The notes: a model not told the origin generated them from the letters alone. Counted from the first letter of the stretch, positions 38,819 through 52,059 are shown. The stretch: DNA of 64,000 bases from Callorhinchus milii (GCF_018977255.1 NW_024704745.1:62310001-62374000); one strand, 5' to 3'. Numbers and translations: made by a program.

Positions 38819-39195
38819 ATAATAATAATAATCCTTGCTTTTGATATAGTGCCTTATCACATTGTTCAGACGTCTCAAAGTGCTTCACAGAATATACTGT
38901 AATGTGAATTGACTGTATATTTTGTGGGCGAAATACGGGAGCCAATTGCCCAAAGCAGCATCCCACAAACAATTGTGGATTGAATGACCTGATTTTTTTC
39001 AATAATTTTTTTTGGATGAATTATTACCCCCAGAAAGTGATCCGCCAATTGACTAACACCCGGGTTCCTACTTAATGCTAGGTAAACAGAGGCGTGTGGA
39101 GTAAGGAAACTTGCCTATGGTTTCGCCCCGCCCCAGAAACAAATCTGATTTCTTGCTTGTGAGGCTAGTGCTCTAATCACTAGCCTACAAGACTT
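38819..39195 (-). mobile_element. tRNA-derived SINE, long subfamily
   Basis: Tail, body, gctaggtaaacagagg segment and degenerate head. Confidence 0.88.
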
Positions 39196-39899
39196 TTGTT
39201 AGGTGGTGCCTTTGCTTCTTGTAAATTTCAGCACTATTTTCAGGAATGAAGGTCAAAGAAAAAGCTCTTAGAGGACTGAATATTTTAAACAGCAGCTTTT
39301 TTTCTGCTCCTGTGTGATATGCCAACTTTAGGTGAATCTCTTTCACTCCAGTGTGAGTATACTGTAATGGGGTTTCGTATTCTGAAGAAGAGCTTGAAAT
39401 CCAGACGGGTTTAGATATAAAGATTGAGATTTATTGTACACAGGCTTGGATACCATTGTAGAGTCCATATCCATCTAGCTGGCATGCAGCAGCCCTCCCC
39501 CCACCCATCCCCGAGAGAGAGGCCAGCTTCCTTTTCAGGTAGGCTTTTTAAATCTAGACCACCAACTATTATCCATCAACTGTTCTTTCCCAATAGGTCA
39601 GAGACAAGGACCCTTAGGGATTGGGAGTGTGTCTCCTAGCTTATGGACACTACCATGCTGGTTGGTGTCTTGCCCAATCCTCTCATTTGTGGCTGATGGA
39701 TTCTGGCGCTCCCAGAATACCCTCTCAATTTTCCCACTCGCAACAACAACTTGCATTTATATAGCGTTCTCACATAACAGTGCTCCTTTTAAAGGGCACT
39801 TCCACCCCTTGATACTTGTTACAATATATATCTAATTGTACCTCCAGACGAATGACCATAATGTACAATACAAATGTCAAAACTTGAATTACCATCACA

Positions 39900-40110
39900 A
39901 GTCTTATAAGGGGTTAGAATGAATAAGACTATTCGATCTCGTCCTTCCAGAATGCCTATCCTACAATCCTCCCATCACAGCATCAAGCTTTTTTTTAAAT
40001 GAGTCTGGGCCTAGTCTTGAATATCTTTCCTGATAACCTTTCCAGTTATTAATTACCTCCTGTTTAAAGAAATACTTGCCGGCCTGTCCTGAAATTGCCT
40101 CTTACAACCT
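39900..40110 (-). mobile_element. CR1-type 3' fragment
   Basis: ttccagttattaattacctcctgtttaaagaaatactt, antisense of KYFFKQEVINNW. Confidence 0.55.
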
Positions 40111-40123
40111 AAAATTGAGTATC

Positions 40124-40483
40124 AGCCTGACTTGGTTGATAGAACTCTCACCTCTTCAGTCAGAGGGTTGTGGGTTCAAGCCCCAAGTCAGGACTTAAAC
40201 TTGCATAGTCTAACCTGACACGCCCATTCAGTGCTGCATTGTTGAAAGTGGTGTCTTCAGATGAAGCATTAACTGAGGCCCTGTCTGCTTATTCAGGAGG
40301 ACTTTAAATCCCATGGCACTATTTAAAAAGAGAAGCAAGAATTGTATCATTCACTTCATGGCTGTTTATGGGACATTGCTGTGCACAAAATATAGTTGCT
40401 GCATTTTACACTTTACCCTGTGAAATGCTTTGAGACAATCTCGGAACATGAAAGGCACTATATGAAATGTAAAGATTATTATT
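40124..40483 (+). mobile_element. Older Deu-domain SINE
   Basis: agtcagagggttgtgggttcaagccc...gatgaagcattaactgaggccctgtctg...atcccatggcactattt...tgaaaggcactatatgaaatgtaaag. Confidence 0.8.
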
Positions 40484-41922
40484 AAATCTGAATTCTCTTT
40501 TACTGTGGTGCCTCGATTAAAATGATGCTAAATTCAGAATTAAATCAGTGGGGTAGGTCAGAATAGTGGATTTGGGTTAAAGGCTACCCTAAACTGTGAT
40601 GAAATTTCTGTTGTAAAAGTCCTAAATGAAATAAATGTCAATTTCAACCCAGCACCTAGTGGACATGAGCCCACTACTTCAATTAATATTAATTTGATCA
40701 TTTACTAGAGAAGAAAGCACATGATAAGCTGATGTGAAAGACTATATAATGCAATGTGTTGTAAACTGGAAACTTCATGTTGGTGCAGTAGGACGTGCTC
40801 TCTGCGGTTGATATAAAGGCACAACTGTAATACATGGTCTGCCATGCAGAACTTGACCTAAGATTTTTCAGCAGTTGCCCAGCAGGGGAAATATTTTCCA
40901 TTCCCAGCATTGATAATCAAAATGAAATGAAATAAAAGTAGCAGTCTGCATTGTCTAAAAAGTTTAGCATGTTTAATGTTTCCCACTAGGTGTCACTGTA
41001 CACAGTCAAATTTTCTCTTGCCAAAGCACATCTATGATGTAAATCCTAAACCTTAAAACACCAAAAACATTTTTGGGTCCAGGAATTTTTAAATTTTTTA
41101 TTATTCCAAATAATGATTTCAAACTGAAAATTGAGTGGTTTTAAAATTGTGATAGACAGGCAAGTAATTAATTTCTCTTTTCCTTTTGCTTCTCAGATGA
41201 TAGTACAGTAATTACTAAATGTGAGCCTGCATCGTTGTAATGTTGAGAGATTAAATACCGGGGGCCTTTATGTTTATTACAGCTGCTGAAGATTGTCTTT
41301 TTATACCAGGGGAAATAGACCAGATGAAACTTGAGGCATATGTGCCAATAATTGTACAAATCAACACATCTAAAAAAAAATCTTAAGCTTTTCAGAATGT
41401 TTTTGGTTGTGATTGTCAGACACACAATTGTAATTTTACTATTAAAATACACTGCATTGATTTGAATCAAAATAAGACAATTAGGTGTTTTAGCAGGTAT
41501 TTTATGCTATTTACAAATGTCTCATCTGTCACAAAACTCTTAAATTGTACAGTTAGTTATTTCCATGCTTTATTGTCTTTAGTTTTTTGTATGTACTATG
41601 GGCTGGAGAGTCCCAAAAAGTAATGCATTCAGCTGTCTTGAATTAATTTGCATGTCAATTTATATCATTTGTTCATTTACCATTATCAAGCAGTTGCTTC
41701 TGTTAGGAGACTTTATTGGAAACAAACCCACTTTTTGTGTTTTCAATTTTATTAAGTGTTTTCCATTTTCAATGTATCCTTCACATTTTTCATCTGTCAG
41801 GTACACACATCATGTAAATGGTATTTTAAATAACGCTTCATCCAAGGATAAGGGGAGGGAATGATATAATCCCTACATTTGATTCCACTACCTTTTGCAT
41901 CAGAGGATGACTCAAGCCTCTT

Positions 41923-42174
41923 ATAATAATAATAATCCTTGCATTTGATATAGCGCTTTTCACGTCTTCTAGACGTCCCAAAGCGCTTCACAGAATATAC
42001 TGTAAAGTGAATTGACTGTATATTTGTGGGCGAACACGGCAGCCAATTGCGCACAGCAGTGTCCCACAAACAGTCGTGGATTGAAAATTACCAATTTATT
42101 ATTGTTTTTTGTTTTGGAGGGATTATTATTAGGCGTGTGGAGTAAGGAAACTTGCCCAAGATTTTGCCCTGCCT
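41923..42174 (-). mobile_element. SINE, short subfamily, 5'-truncated
   Basis: Near-identical to the young copies. Confidence 0.9.
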
Positions 42175-42483
42175 TCACAGGATTTACAGTAAAATGATTG
42201 TGGATTTTGTAGATGAACGTGACAGACAGTCTACTTTAACAGGCAGATGAGATCTCAGTTTATCCTAAATTACTAAGGATAAACAATGCAGCACCCCCCC
42301 CAATGAGAGGCTTGGAGCCATAAACGTCTGACATTTCAATAATTACAAATGTATTTTTTTTAAACTAGAAATTTATATAAATACATCCCTTCCTTCAAAT
42401 ATTATTCGCATTCTCTAGAATAAACCATGATATTGTGTACAAATTTACTGCCGGGTTTAGGAGTTTTATAATGTATACTGCAG

Positions 42484-42770
42484 TAATAATAATAATAATC
42501 CTTAGATTTGATAAGGAGCCTTATTGAGTGATTCAGACATCTCAAAGCGTTTTGCAGAATATTCTGTAAAGTGAATTGACTGTATATTGTGGGAAAAACG
42601 CAGCAGCCAATTGTGCCAGCAGTGTCCCATAACATTTGAGTGACCAAATTCTTCTTATTTATTTATTTTGAATGGAAAGCAGTCCCCAATCGACTAATAA
42701 CTGGGTTCCGACTTGCTGCTGGGTAAACAGAGGCGTATGGAGTAAGGAAACGTCCTAAGGTTTCTCCGTG
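42484..42770 (-). mobile_element. SINE, long subfamily, degenerate
   Basis: Tail, body and ggtaaacagaggcgtatggagtaaggaaac. Confidence 0.8.
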
Positions 42771-42884
42771 CTCGGGAGTATGAAATCCACTGTACATAGA
42801 AAGTTATTTTAATGGCTGTGCTAAACGGTAAAACTCTCAAATTTAAGTGAAATGTAAACAGGTTTCTAAAATCTCTATTTACAA

Positions 42885-43380
42885 AGAATATGCAGCACAG
42901 AAACAGGCCATTTGGCCCCACAAGTCCATAACGGTTTTATATTCTACATGAGTTCTTTACACATTCCTAGCTGTAGTCGCTATCTTACATTTGTGTCCCT
43001 GATTACAGACTCCCCAATCAGTGGAAACAGCCTATTTATGTTAACCTTATTAAAGCCTTTTATAATCTTGAACACTTCTATTAGCTACCTTGTAAAATGT
43101 CTCTTCCCTAACAAAAAAAGGCCTAATCCAATCTATCCTGATGGCAGTAACCTTCCAACACTAGTATCATCCTTATAAACCTATTCTGTGCGCTTTCCAT
43201 TGCTGCTATATCATTCTTATAATGTGGAGACCAGAATTAGACACAATAATCCAAATATGGTCTAACCAAAGTTTTCTAAACATTCAACATCACCTCACTT
43301 TTAAATTCTATCCATCTGGATATAAAGCCCAAGACCCTATTGGCCTTTTTTGTAGCCTTATCTACCTGTTTGGATAAGGC
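42885..43380 (-). mobile_element. CR1-type LINE 3' fragment
   Basis: gcagcacagaaacaggccatttggccc tail; tggagaccagaattagacacaataatccaaatatggtctaacc, antisense of VRPYLDYCV*FWSP. Confidence 0.8.
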
Positions 43381-43829
43381 TTTAATTTCATTGATAATCT
43401 GTACTGCATTAGTTAATCCAACATAATTGCAGGATTAAAATTTTGTGGGACTTAAAATGTGATTTTTGTAACCAGAAGTCACAAACAGTGACACTTGACA
43501 GTTACTGGATCTGTTTTATACCGGCCTACAATTTGGGGGGTTTCTTCCAAAATGTTACAATAAAATGTGATTAAAATTGTACTGCCACTTTATGGAAAGA
43601 AAGGAAATCTGGGGCAGTGTACTATTGAATGGGAGGAAATATAAAACACAATACAAATGTTACTATTATATTGTGGCTTTTATGTCAGAAGGACAGCCCA
43701 AGGTGATGCATTTAGCCCACAAATAGACAGTCAATTCACTTAACAGTATATTCTGTGAAGCGCTTTGAATTGTGTAGAAGACGTAAAAAGCGATATATCA
43801 AATGCAAGGATTATTATTATTGAGACCGC

Positions 43830-44035
43830 TGCAAGTCGAATCTACTCTGGGATGTAGTTCCATAGAGTTGAACAGATAGGCTGAAAGCCCAAGCATCAAT
43901 GGTGGGGCGGGTAGGACGGGGGATATGAAGTAGGCCGGTGGCAGCTGAGTAAAAGGAGCGGCTGGGTTGGTATGCTTTGAGGAGGCCGCAAAGGTAGAAT
44001 GGGACAAGATCTTGAACTCCATCCGCTGGCTTTAT
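43830..44035 (-). mobile_element. Old L2 C-terminal fragment
   Basis: Minus strand MEFKILSHSTFAAS..., related to the L2 RIEFKIL motif. Confidence 0.5.
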
Positions 44036-44085
44036 ATGGGCTTCATTTTACACTGTACCTACCAACAGTGGACCAAAATTATTTC

Positions 44086-44480
44086 AATAATAGTAATCCT
44101 TGCATTTGATATAGCACCTTATCAATAATAATAATAATCCTTGCATTTAATATAGCGCTTTTCACGTCTTCTGGACGTCCCAAAGCGCTTCACAGAATAT
44201 ACTGTAAATTGAATTGACTATATTTTGTGGGTGGAAAGTGGAAGCCAATTGCACAAAGCAGTGTCCCACACATAGTCGTGGATTGAGTGACCAAATTTTT
44301 TTTAAAAAGGATTATTACCCTTGGAAAGCAATCCACCAACCAGGTTCCTAAATACTGCTAGTTAAACAAAGGTGCGTGGAGTAAGGAAACTCGCCTAACA
44401 TTTCACCCTGATCAGGAATCAAATCCAGGTCCTCTCGCTTACGAGGCAAGTGCGTTAACTAATACGCTACAAGACTCCAC
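44086..44480 (-). mobile_element. SINE, long subfamily, with a second SINE tail stub (44086-44123)
   Basis: Two successive aataatccttgcattt tails; degenerate head ...ctacaagactccac. Confidence 0.88.
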
Positions 44481-45156
44481 AAATACATTATACTTGAATT
44501 TTTAAAACAGTCAGTGGAATTATTTTCAGATTTCAAAACATAAATATGGACACCGCACATCAATAGCTCGTACCAAACCACAAAATAATATTGTGGCATC
44601 TTTCTTAATATCTTCAATTTCACTGGAACAATTGAAGCACAAAATAAACTGACTCATTAATTATTAGGTAAGTGCAAATTTATACCCGATGGATCTTTGT
44701 GATGTACAGAATATACAGAACCTAACAAGTTAAACCACAACTACTTTTAAAAAAGGAGACTTTCAAAGTGGAATTTGAATAAGGAATAAATAAATTGGAA
44801 AGTTTCATGGGACCTTATTTTCTTTTCAAGCAGAAAAGACAGATTCATTCAAAATATTATATAATGAAATGCAAAATCATTGACTTATCTTGTTTGAAGC
44901 TCTGGGGATACTTTGATTAAACAATGAGAACAACAGATGTATACCAATTATTGAAACAACATGATTTCAATATTGGGAGGAATATAATCAAATTTTTGGA
45001 GCAATTGAGGGAATCATTAAAATGGAGATATTCTGTGTAAAAACAAGTTTCAATATTACAGGGACTTTTAGCAACTATTCTTGATTTCTATATTTTTTTT
45101 AGCTTGGTGCTACGGGTATCATGATTCTTTCTTTCCCGCCCTCATTATTATGATCC

Positions 45157-45505
45157 ACAACAACTTGCACTTATATAGCGCCCTCCACGCAGGGTAGCGT
45201 CTCAGAGCGCTTAACAGTGGCGGAGCCTGACTCCGAGCTGGGGGGAGGGGGAGGTGTCCGTAAGCACAGTCAAAGAGGAACTTTTTCAGCCAGGACTTGA
45301 AAGAGGAGAGAGAGGGCGCAAGGTGGAGGTATTGAGGGAGAATTGAGGGATCTAGCCTGCTATAATAATAATAATCCTTGCATTTGATATAGCGCTTTTC
45401 ACGTTGGGAGGACGTCCCAAAGTGCTTCACAGAACACACTGTAAAGTGAATTGACTGTATATTTGTGGGCGAATGCGGCAGCCAATTGCGCACAGCAATG
45501 TCCCA
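45157..45505 (-). mobile_element. L2 3' end (45157-45355) adjoining a SINE 3' half (45362-45505)
   Basis: caacaacttgcacttatatagcgccctccacg...; same L2 subfamily as 53500-53690 on the + strand. Confidence 0.85.
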
Positions 45506-45699
45506 GTTACTATCTAGTTACTATCTTGGCTCACACATGACAAAGGCTAGTCATGGAAGTATATTGTAGCGTAAGCCTCATGAGTATCATGAAAAGAGAA
45601 TTCAAAATTCAAAAACAAGTATCAAGATTATTTTTTATGTGAACATGGAGGATGGTAGCAAAAATGGGCACTCATTTATTTCTTATTCAAATTCCACTT

Positions 45700-46455
45700 T
45701 GGTAATGCATTTTAGGAGGAAGAATGAGGAGAGGTAATATAAACTAGATGGTACAGTTTTAAAGGGAATTCGGGAATAGGTTTCACATACACAGGTCTTT
45801 GAAGGTCGCAGGACAGGTTGATAGAGCTGTTAAAAAAGCATATGGGTTCCTTGGCTTTATAAATAGAAGCATAGAGTACAAAAGCAAAGAAGTTCTACTA
45901 AACCTTTACCTTTACTGGTTAGTCCTTAGCTAGAGTATTGCATCCAATTCTGGCCACCACACCATAGGAAGTATATCAAGGCCTAGGAGAAGGTATAGCA
46001 GAGATTTACCAGAATGGTACCAGGGATGAGGGACTTTAGTTATGTGGAGAGACTAGAGAAGCTGGGATTGTTCTGCTTAGAGCAGAGAAGGTTAGTGGAG
46101 ATTTAGTAGAGGGTTATGGTGGGTTTTGATAGAGTAGATAAGGAGAAACTGTTTCCACTGGTAGGTGGGTCGGTAACCAGAGGACATCAATTTAAGATAA
46201 TTGGTAAAAGAATCCAAGGGGAGATGATGAGAATTTGTTTTACACAGAATGGTTACAGTCTGGAATACATTGACTGAAAGGGTGGAAACAGATTCAATAA
46301 CAACTTTCAAGACAGAATTGGATAGGTACATAAAAAGGAAAAATTTGCAAGGATATGGGAAAGAGCGGGAGAGTGGGACTAGTTGGATAGCTTCCAAAGA
46401 GCCAGCACAAGTACGATGGGCCGAATGGCTTCCTTCTTTGCTGTAATTTTCTATG
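45700..46455 (+). mobile_element. CR1-type LINE 3' ~750 bp
   Basis: VMHFRRKN; KAYGFLGFINRSIEYKSKEVLL; LEYCIQFW; FKTELDRYIKRKNLQGYG; tail gatgggccgaatggcttcctt. Confidence 0.9.
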
Positions 46456-48114
46456 ATTATATAATTTATCTTTTGACTTTTTGTTATGTCATTCATCAAA
46501 CCAGATTTAACTAGTTTCCTTCAATGCCCTAATATGATGGTACGATTAGCTCCTTCTACCCACACACCCTCATTTTACCCACCTTTTTTAATAGCTCAGG
46601 AGCGCTAATTCAACAGTAAAGCTTGAAATTCCACTGAGACTTTTAATGTGAAAATATCTTGTTTTAAATTTCAAGATCACGCAGAAATGTGGAATTTCGT
46701 AACTTCAGCTTTAATTGGAATATTTTAAGAATTTTGAGCAGATTCTTTATAAGAAGTGGAGAAAGCTGACTTTCAAATTAAGCTTATAGTTTAAGAACTT
46801 TTCACTATTCTACGCAATATTAAACTTTAAGGCAAAATAGCCTTACAGACTAAGGCGAGGTACAATTTCCCCACAATTACAGCAGAACTTTTTATTGGTG
46901 CTTTACGTTATGCATGTGTAGCTGTTACTTGTGCTTTGTACCGCTCGCAACACGTGTGGCCTAACGTCAATGATACCCAAAGCACTGCACCCACTGAAAA
47001 CATGGACTGTCAGCCACTAATCCTGCGTTCAATTAGACGAACCGCTCTGTTTCATCATTACCAGGTCGCAAAGAAGAGTATTATTTTACCCACGTGTCTA
47101 TCATTGCCGTGTTTAAGAGATTTTTCTGTCTCTGGCAGAAAATCTATTTGCATGAATTTCAGTAGTTTTCACTACAAAGAGTGTTGGATAACAGCCTTAT
47201 ACATGCTGCATGCTAAGTGGACTGAGCACCAATATGACAAAGAATTCTGGCTACATGCCACCCATGACCACGTAATGGGCAGATATCAGGGTACCATCAC
47301 ACTTCGAGTGAAGTGAGAACTCACATTTAAATCACAGTGTTAAGAATTGTACGTTGAGAGAAAACATGTTTTACACAAGTAAAAGTGCTGATCTTTCCAA
47401 TCAGCTTTTGTTGTTTCGAGGGTGTACTTTGTGCATATCAGCGTGAATACCACATTTGTGCAAGAGGTGCAACTTCAAGTGCATGTAAAAGTCAACATTT
47501 TTCACTTGACTTATGTAGTCTGCACCTGTTCATTATATGAATGAATAGCGTATAATTAATTCTGAAGTGCTGAAAACAATGTGCTTTGATCAACTGTAGT
47601 CCCTTCTTGTGTTTGAGAAGACTGTAAGCTCAAGTCGCAACATGGAGCTTGAATTCAAAACATCTCATCTAAGCGACAGATAAAAAATGAGGAAAACTGA
47701 CAAATTATGGGTGGCAGCACATTAGTGAGTATGACCATTATGTGGAGTTGCTCCTGTGCCCAGAGTTCTTCTCCAGGTCCTTCTCCAACCATGCTTTGTC
47801 CTATCGGTCTCAAATTAACCTGTCTGATCCTATTGTTGATCTCTCTCTATCATACACACGCATACACACCCACACCTATCTGTTTCTTCTCACGATAAGA
47901 TTCAGTATTTTTTTAAATGAGTGTATTACATTTTTCTAATTTTCTTCCTGCTGACACATGCTCCTCTCTGCTCCTGGTCTGGCCTCCTCTTGCTGGTGTC
48001 TCGTCAAATGAACTGATTGCCCTTGGTTACCCTGCTCAAGTGGCCACTGTTCATGGATGAGCCTTGGTAGTGAGTGTTGACAGGCCAGTCAACTGTAGAG
48101 GATGTCACAACCCC

Positions 48115-48875
48115 TGCTGTCACTTTGTTTCAGCCACTACGCCCCAAAACTCTGGATCTCGATCCCTCCGCCTTGCCCCTCCCTCCCCACCTTCAAATCT
48201 ATCAAATGCAAGGATTATTATTATTATCTTGCCTAAAGATCTTATTTTTGATCGTGCTTACGGTCACCTCCTCTCTCTCCACTTAGCTCGTTGTCAGACT
48301 CTGCCACTGTGAAGCGTTCCGAGATACTACCCCACGTGAAGGGTGGTATATAAATGCAAGTTGTTGAAGAGGGTGCTGGAAAGGCCCTGGGGCAGGAACC
48401 TCAACAGCCTGCCCCTCCCTAATTCTGGGAAGGCTGAAGCCAATTCAGTTTCCCCACACAACCCTGACAAAAACAAGCAAATTCAAGTTATTCAATATTA
48501 TCAAATCAGCATTAACTACTACTTGCATTTATATATAGTGCGTGAGAGTACACGAGCTGCCGAGTTTTGGATGATCTGCAGCTTGTGAAGGGAAGAGTTG
48601 GGAAAGCCGATTAGGAGGGAGTTCCCGTAATCGACTCTTGAATTGACGAATGGGTGAGCAGCCTCAGCAGCCTCCTACAACCCTACAGCCCCATACCTCC
48701 CTCTGCTCAGCAATCATCAGCCTCCTGCGTATCCCCTACTAATCCGCCATATTGGTGGAGGGTCATCTTTCAGCCATTCTGCCCCTGCTCTTCGGAACTG
48801 CGTCACAGAAACCCACTGCTTCACACCCCTCTCTCCCTACTTGCCTTTTAACGACCCCTTAAGACCTTTCTTTCT
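48115..48875. mobile_element. Cluster of L2 3' fragments and SINE tails in both orientations
   Basis: cacgtgaagggtggtatataaatgcaagttgttg (+); gagctgccgagttttggatgatctgcagcttgtgaagggaagagttggga (antisense of the L2 at 1130-1190); L2 tail at 48660-48875. Confidence 0.7.
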
Positions 48876-50606
48876 TGCTTCCACCAACACCCCGATTTCA
48901 GCGGACAGGAGAGACTGGCACCATCCCAACTCCAGCAACATTTCTTAAATCTTGCTGCAAGAGTGAGGTAAAACAAAAGTTACAAAGGCAAATTGGGTGA
49001 GAGGGACAACCAGCTAAGTCAGGCTAACATGAAGGTTGTTTTGGTCAGTTGAGTGTCTGACCCATGACAACAAGCGTAAGAGTCTACAAAATCAAATTAT
49101 TGAGAGTTCCACATAATAAACAATAATAATCCTTGCATTTGATATAGCACCCTATCACGTCTTTGAGACGTCTCAAAGTGCTTCACAGATTATATTGTAA
49201 AGTGAATTGACTGTATATGTGTATGATTTCTGTTTGTCTGGTATGGAGTGCAGGGGCATATCATGTTTACCGTATCCTGGAGAATAAAGCACATGTTGGT
49301 TTGAATTTTTGCTAGTTTAACCAACTAAAATCTTTGTGGAAAAAAGTAAGCTTTCCTGATGCTTGTCAGCTAGCACCACCCTAACCATTCAGGCTTTGGC
49401 TCACAAATTTAACAGGAACTGACTGGGAAGGTCCTCTGCTTCCAGTGACTGATTTACTCCTTCAAGTTCTTCCAATGAGTCCGAGTGGCTGAGTGTTCCT
49501 CCTCCCCGAAGGAGGATAGGAATGGGAAGTGGACTGACTGGGGTTCAAACACAGAATCTTGCAGGTGCAAGGCCATGAAGAGCAAAGGATGAGCTCCTTA
49601 TAAGGAAATGACATGAGAAAGGAATATAAAAAGTGAAGGGAGGGGGAATTGGTGCTAGATATATGAAATAAACCTCTAAGTTTAGATACTTGAAGAATAT
49701 GTAGCAGAGACTTGGGGACGAAAGAAAGAAAAGGGAAAGAAAGGGTTTAATAAACAACAAAGGAAAAAACTGAAACGGAAGAAACAAACAGGAAAAAATA
49801 AGAAACAGAAAGGTAAAACAAGGAGGAGAAGGAAAGATATATTCTTAACTGCTGTGCGCAATTGGCTGCCACATTTCGCCCACAAAATGTACAGTGAATT
49901 CCCTTTGAGTTATATTCTGTGAAGTGCTTTGAGACATCTCAATGATGTGATAAAGCGCTACAATCAAATGAAAGGATTTTTACTATTATTATTAACAATA
50001 ATAATTTAGGTTGTTGAAAAGCTTTGAAGGTAGATTACCCCTTTGGATTAAAATCTGGAGCACGTTTCATCACACTTCAAAAACGTTGGATAATTCAGGA
50101 TCTGCTTCTTTTTACATATATTAAACACAAGGACTGCAGAAAGAGTGACCATATTTCCCTGTGCAACTTGTTCGAATTCCCTGCGATGGGAGTGTTGGAA
50201 GGGCTATGGGCAGTTGGGGAGTTCTCAGAGCAGCAGTTTGACTTGTCTGAGGAATCAGGATCATCAGCAAATGTTCTTCCCTTCCCCACCCCCTTTCCCC
50301 ACCAAAAAAAAAACACAAAAGCCCACCAGAAGCTTCCTCCAGCCCAACAGACACAGCATTCATTGCCTGCTGTGTGCTTCCCTCACAAAGCAGGACATGA
50401 GATGCAGACTGTGTGCTCAGTGGTTGGGTGCATTAACGGATGCATTAGTTGCAGACAGCCTCCCTCCATCTCCCTCCCTCCCTGTGCGACCTTCTCCCAC
50501 ACCAAGTGAGTTGAGATCTAACGTTAGCGTCACTCTGATCCGCATCGAGGAACCATTTGCACTCAGATCAGATGTGGGGCGGTGTGGTTTCCATTCCAGA
50601 GGCTCA

Positions 50607-50607
50607 G

Positions 50608-50643
<36 letters not shown>
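50607..50643. repeat. (CT)n microsatellite
   Basis: ctctctctctcctctctctctctctctctctctc. Confidence 0.95.
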
Positions 50644-51093
50644 AACGTGGTAAGTATTCTGTGCTAACAATAACAGTAGTGCACGATCCCTGTGTGAATC
50701 TGTGGTTGGAAGCTTTTGCAGAGTCGAGCATTTTGATCCTTTCCTCTCCAGTTTTGATTCCATCCAGTTGTGTTGGGGTTTTGTTTTTGGGGGGGGGGAA
50801 GAAAAAAAAACATGAATGTTATTAGCCCAAGCCATGGTGTGGCTTGTGGGAATACTCCTCCCCTGCTGCGGTGATGGTGACACAGGCAAAGAGGATCCAA
50901 GACATTTGGATTTCTTTTACAAATCGCGCTGTTAAATTCCGATGGAAGGCGATCGCTTTTGTTTGCTTGACTCTCCGCTGTGGCTAATCTTTCTCTCTTG
51001 TCTGCCTGGTCGGTAATGAGCTTTTTGCTTTATTGATTCCTCCCCCCCCCCCAAGAATCACACTTTTCTGTTGTGCCAGGGAAGGAATTGGTC

Positions 51094-51474
51094 AGCCGGG
51101 TGTCTGACACATGTGGAAACCCATCACCATGCTTAAGAGTATCCAAACTAATTTGAGCCATCCCACCTACACTCGGGAATCCCAGATTGTTGGAATGGAA
51201 TGCGCACTCTCCTCCCTGGAGGGACGTGTCCTGCTTACCTAATTCCAGAAAGTATCAGGCACACGTTGGCAAGACCCCAGAGTGTGCGTTGGGGTTCTGC
51301 TGCAGTCTAACCAGCTAAAACCACATAGCTTGACATTGATATAGCTGTCTGGTAAGCTTTCCCGTTGCTTGTCCAGCTAGGACCGCTCTACCCGTTAGGT
51401 CTCTGGTTTACAGGGTTAACAGGGGCTGAGTGGGATGACTCCCTGCCCCCAGTGACTGGTCTGCTCTTCCAAGT
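51094..51474 (+). repeat. Unclassified dispersed repeat, copy 1 (homologous to 61420-61792)
   Basis: Collinear shared blocks, e.g. gtctaaccagctaaa and aagctttcccgttgcttgtccagctaggacc. Confidence 0.85.
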
Positions 51475-51604
51475 CTGGCTTTTAATCATATTTCTAGGGG
51501 TGTGACCAGGGCCTTTCCAAAGATCAGCCCCCCACCCCCACCCATAAACAATGGGCCGAGTGAGAGGAGGGGTGCAGCTTCCCATCATCAATAATTAATT
51601 GCAC

Positions 51605-51950
51605 TAAATAGCACTTTTCATGTCGGGAGGACACCTCAAGGCACTGGGTTTGCACCTGAGCTGGGGATTGTATTCAAGAGGGATGGAGGATAAGGGGGGT
51701 GGAGGTGGGAAGATGACCAAAGGCACGGTCAAAGAGGAAGGTCTTGAGACGGACCTTGAAGGAGGCAAGGGATGCGGTGAGGCAAACTGACTCAGAAATT
51801 GAGTTCCAGAGGGTGGGTGCAGAAATACTGAAGGCTCAACTGCTGATGGTAGAGTGGGCAGGGCGGGAAACCTGGAGTAGGACAATGCCTGCCAAGCGAA
51901 GGGTGAGGACAGGTTGGTAACGTTTTAGAAGTTCATTAGATTTACCTGTT
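51605..51950 (-). mobile_element. L2 3' fragment
   Basis: aaatagcacttttcatgtcgggaggac...gtcaaagaggaaggtcttgagacggaccttgaagg. Confidence 0.85.
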
Positions 51951-52059
51951 AGAGAGTCGGTGCAGCTCTATCAAATCGAATATTTAGAACATGTTTAGAA
52001 CAAAACCTCTTTCCAATCCCCCTCCCCGCTGCCCTACAGTTTAAAGTAGGAGAAAACCT

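Noticed and set aside
50024-50900. Overlapping ORFs of 161-226 aa
   Set aside because: Low-complexity, run through a (CT)n tract, start at non-ATG codons and show no recognisable domain (not GPCR-like).
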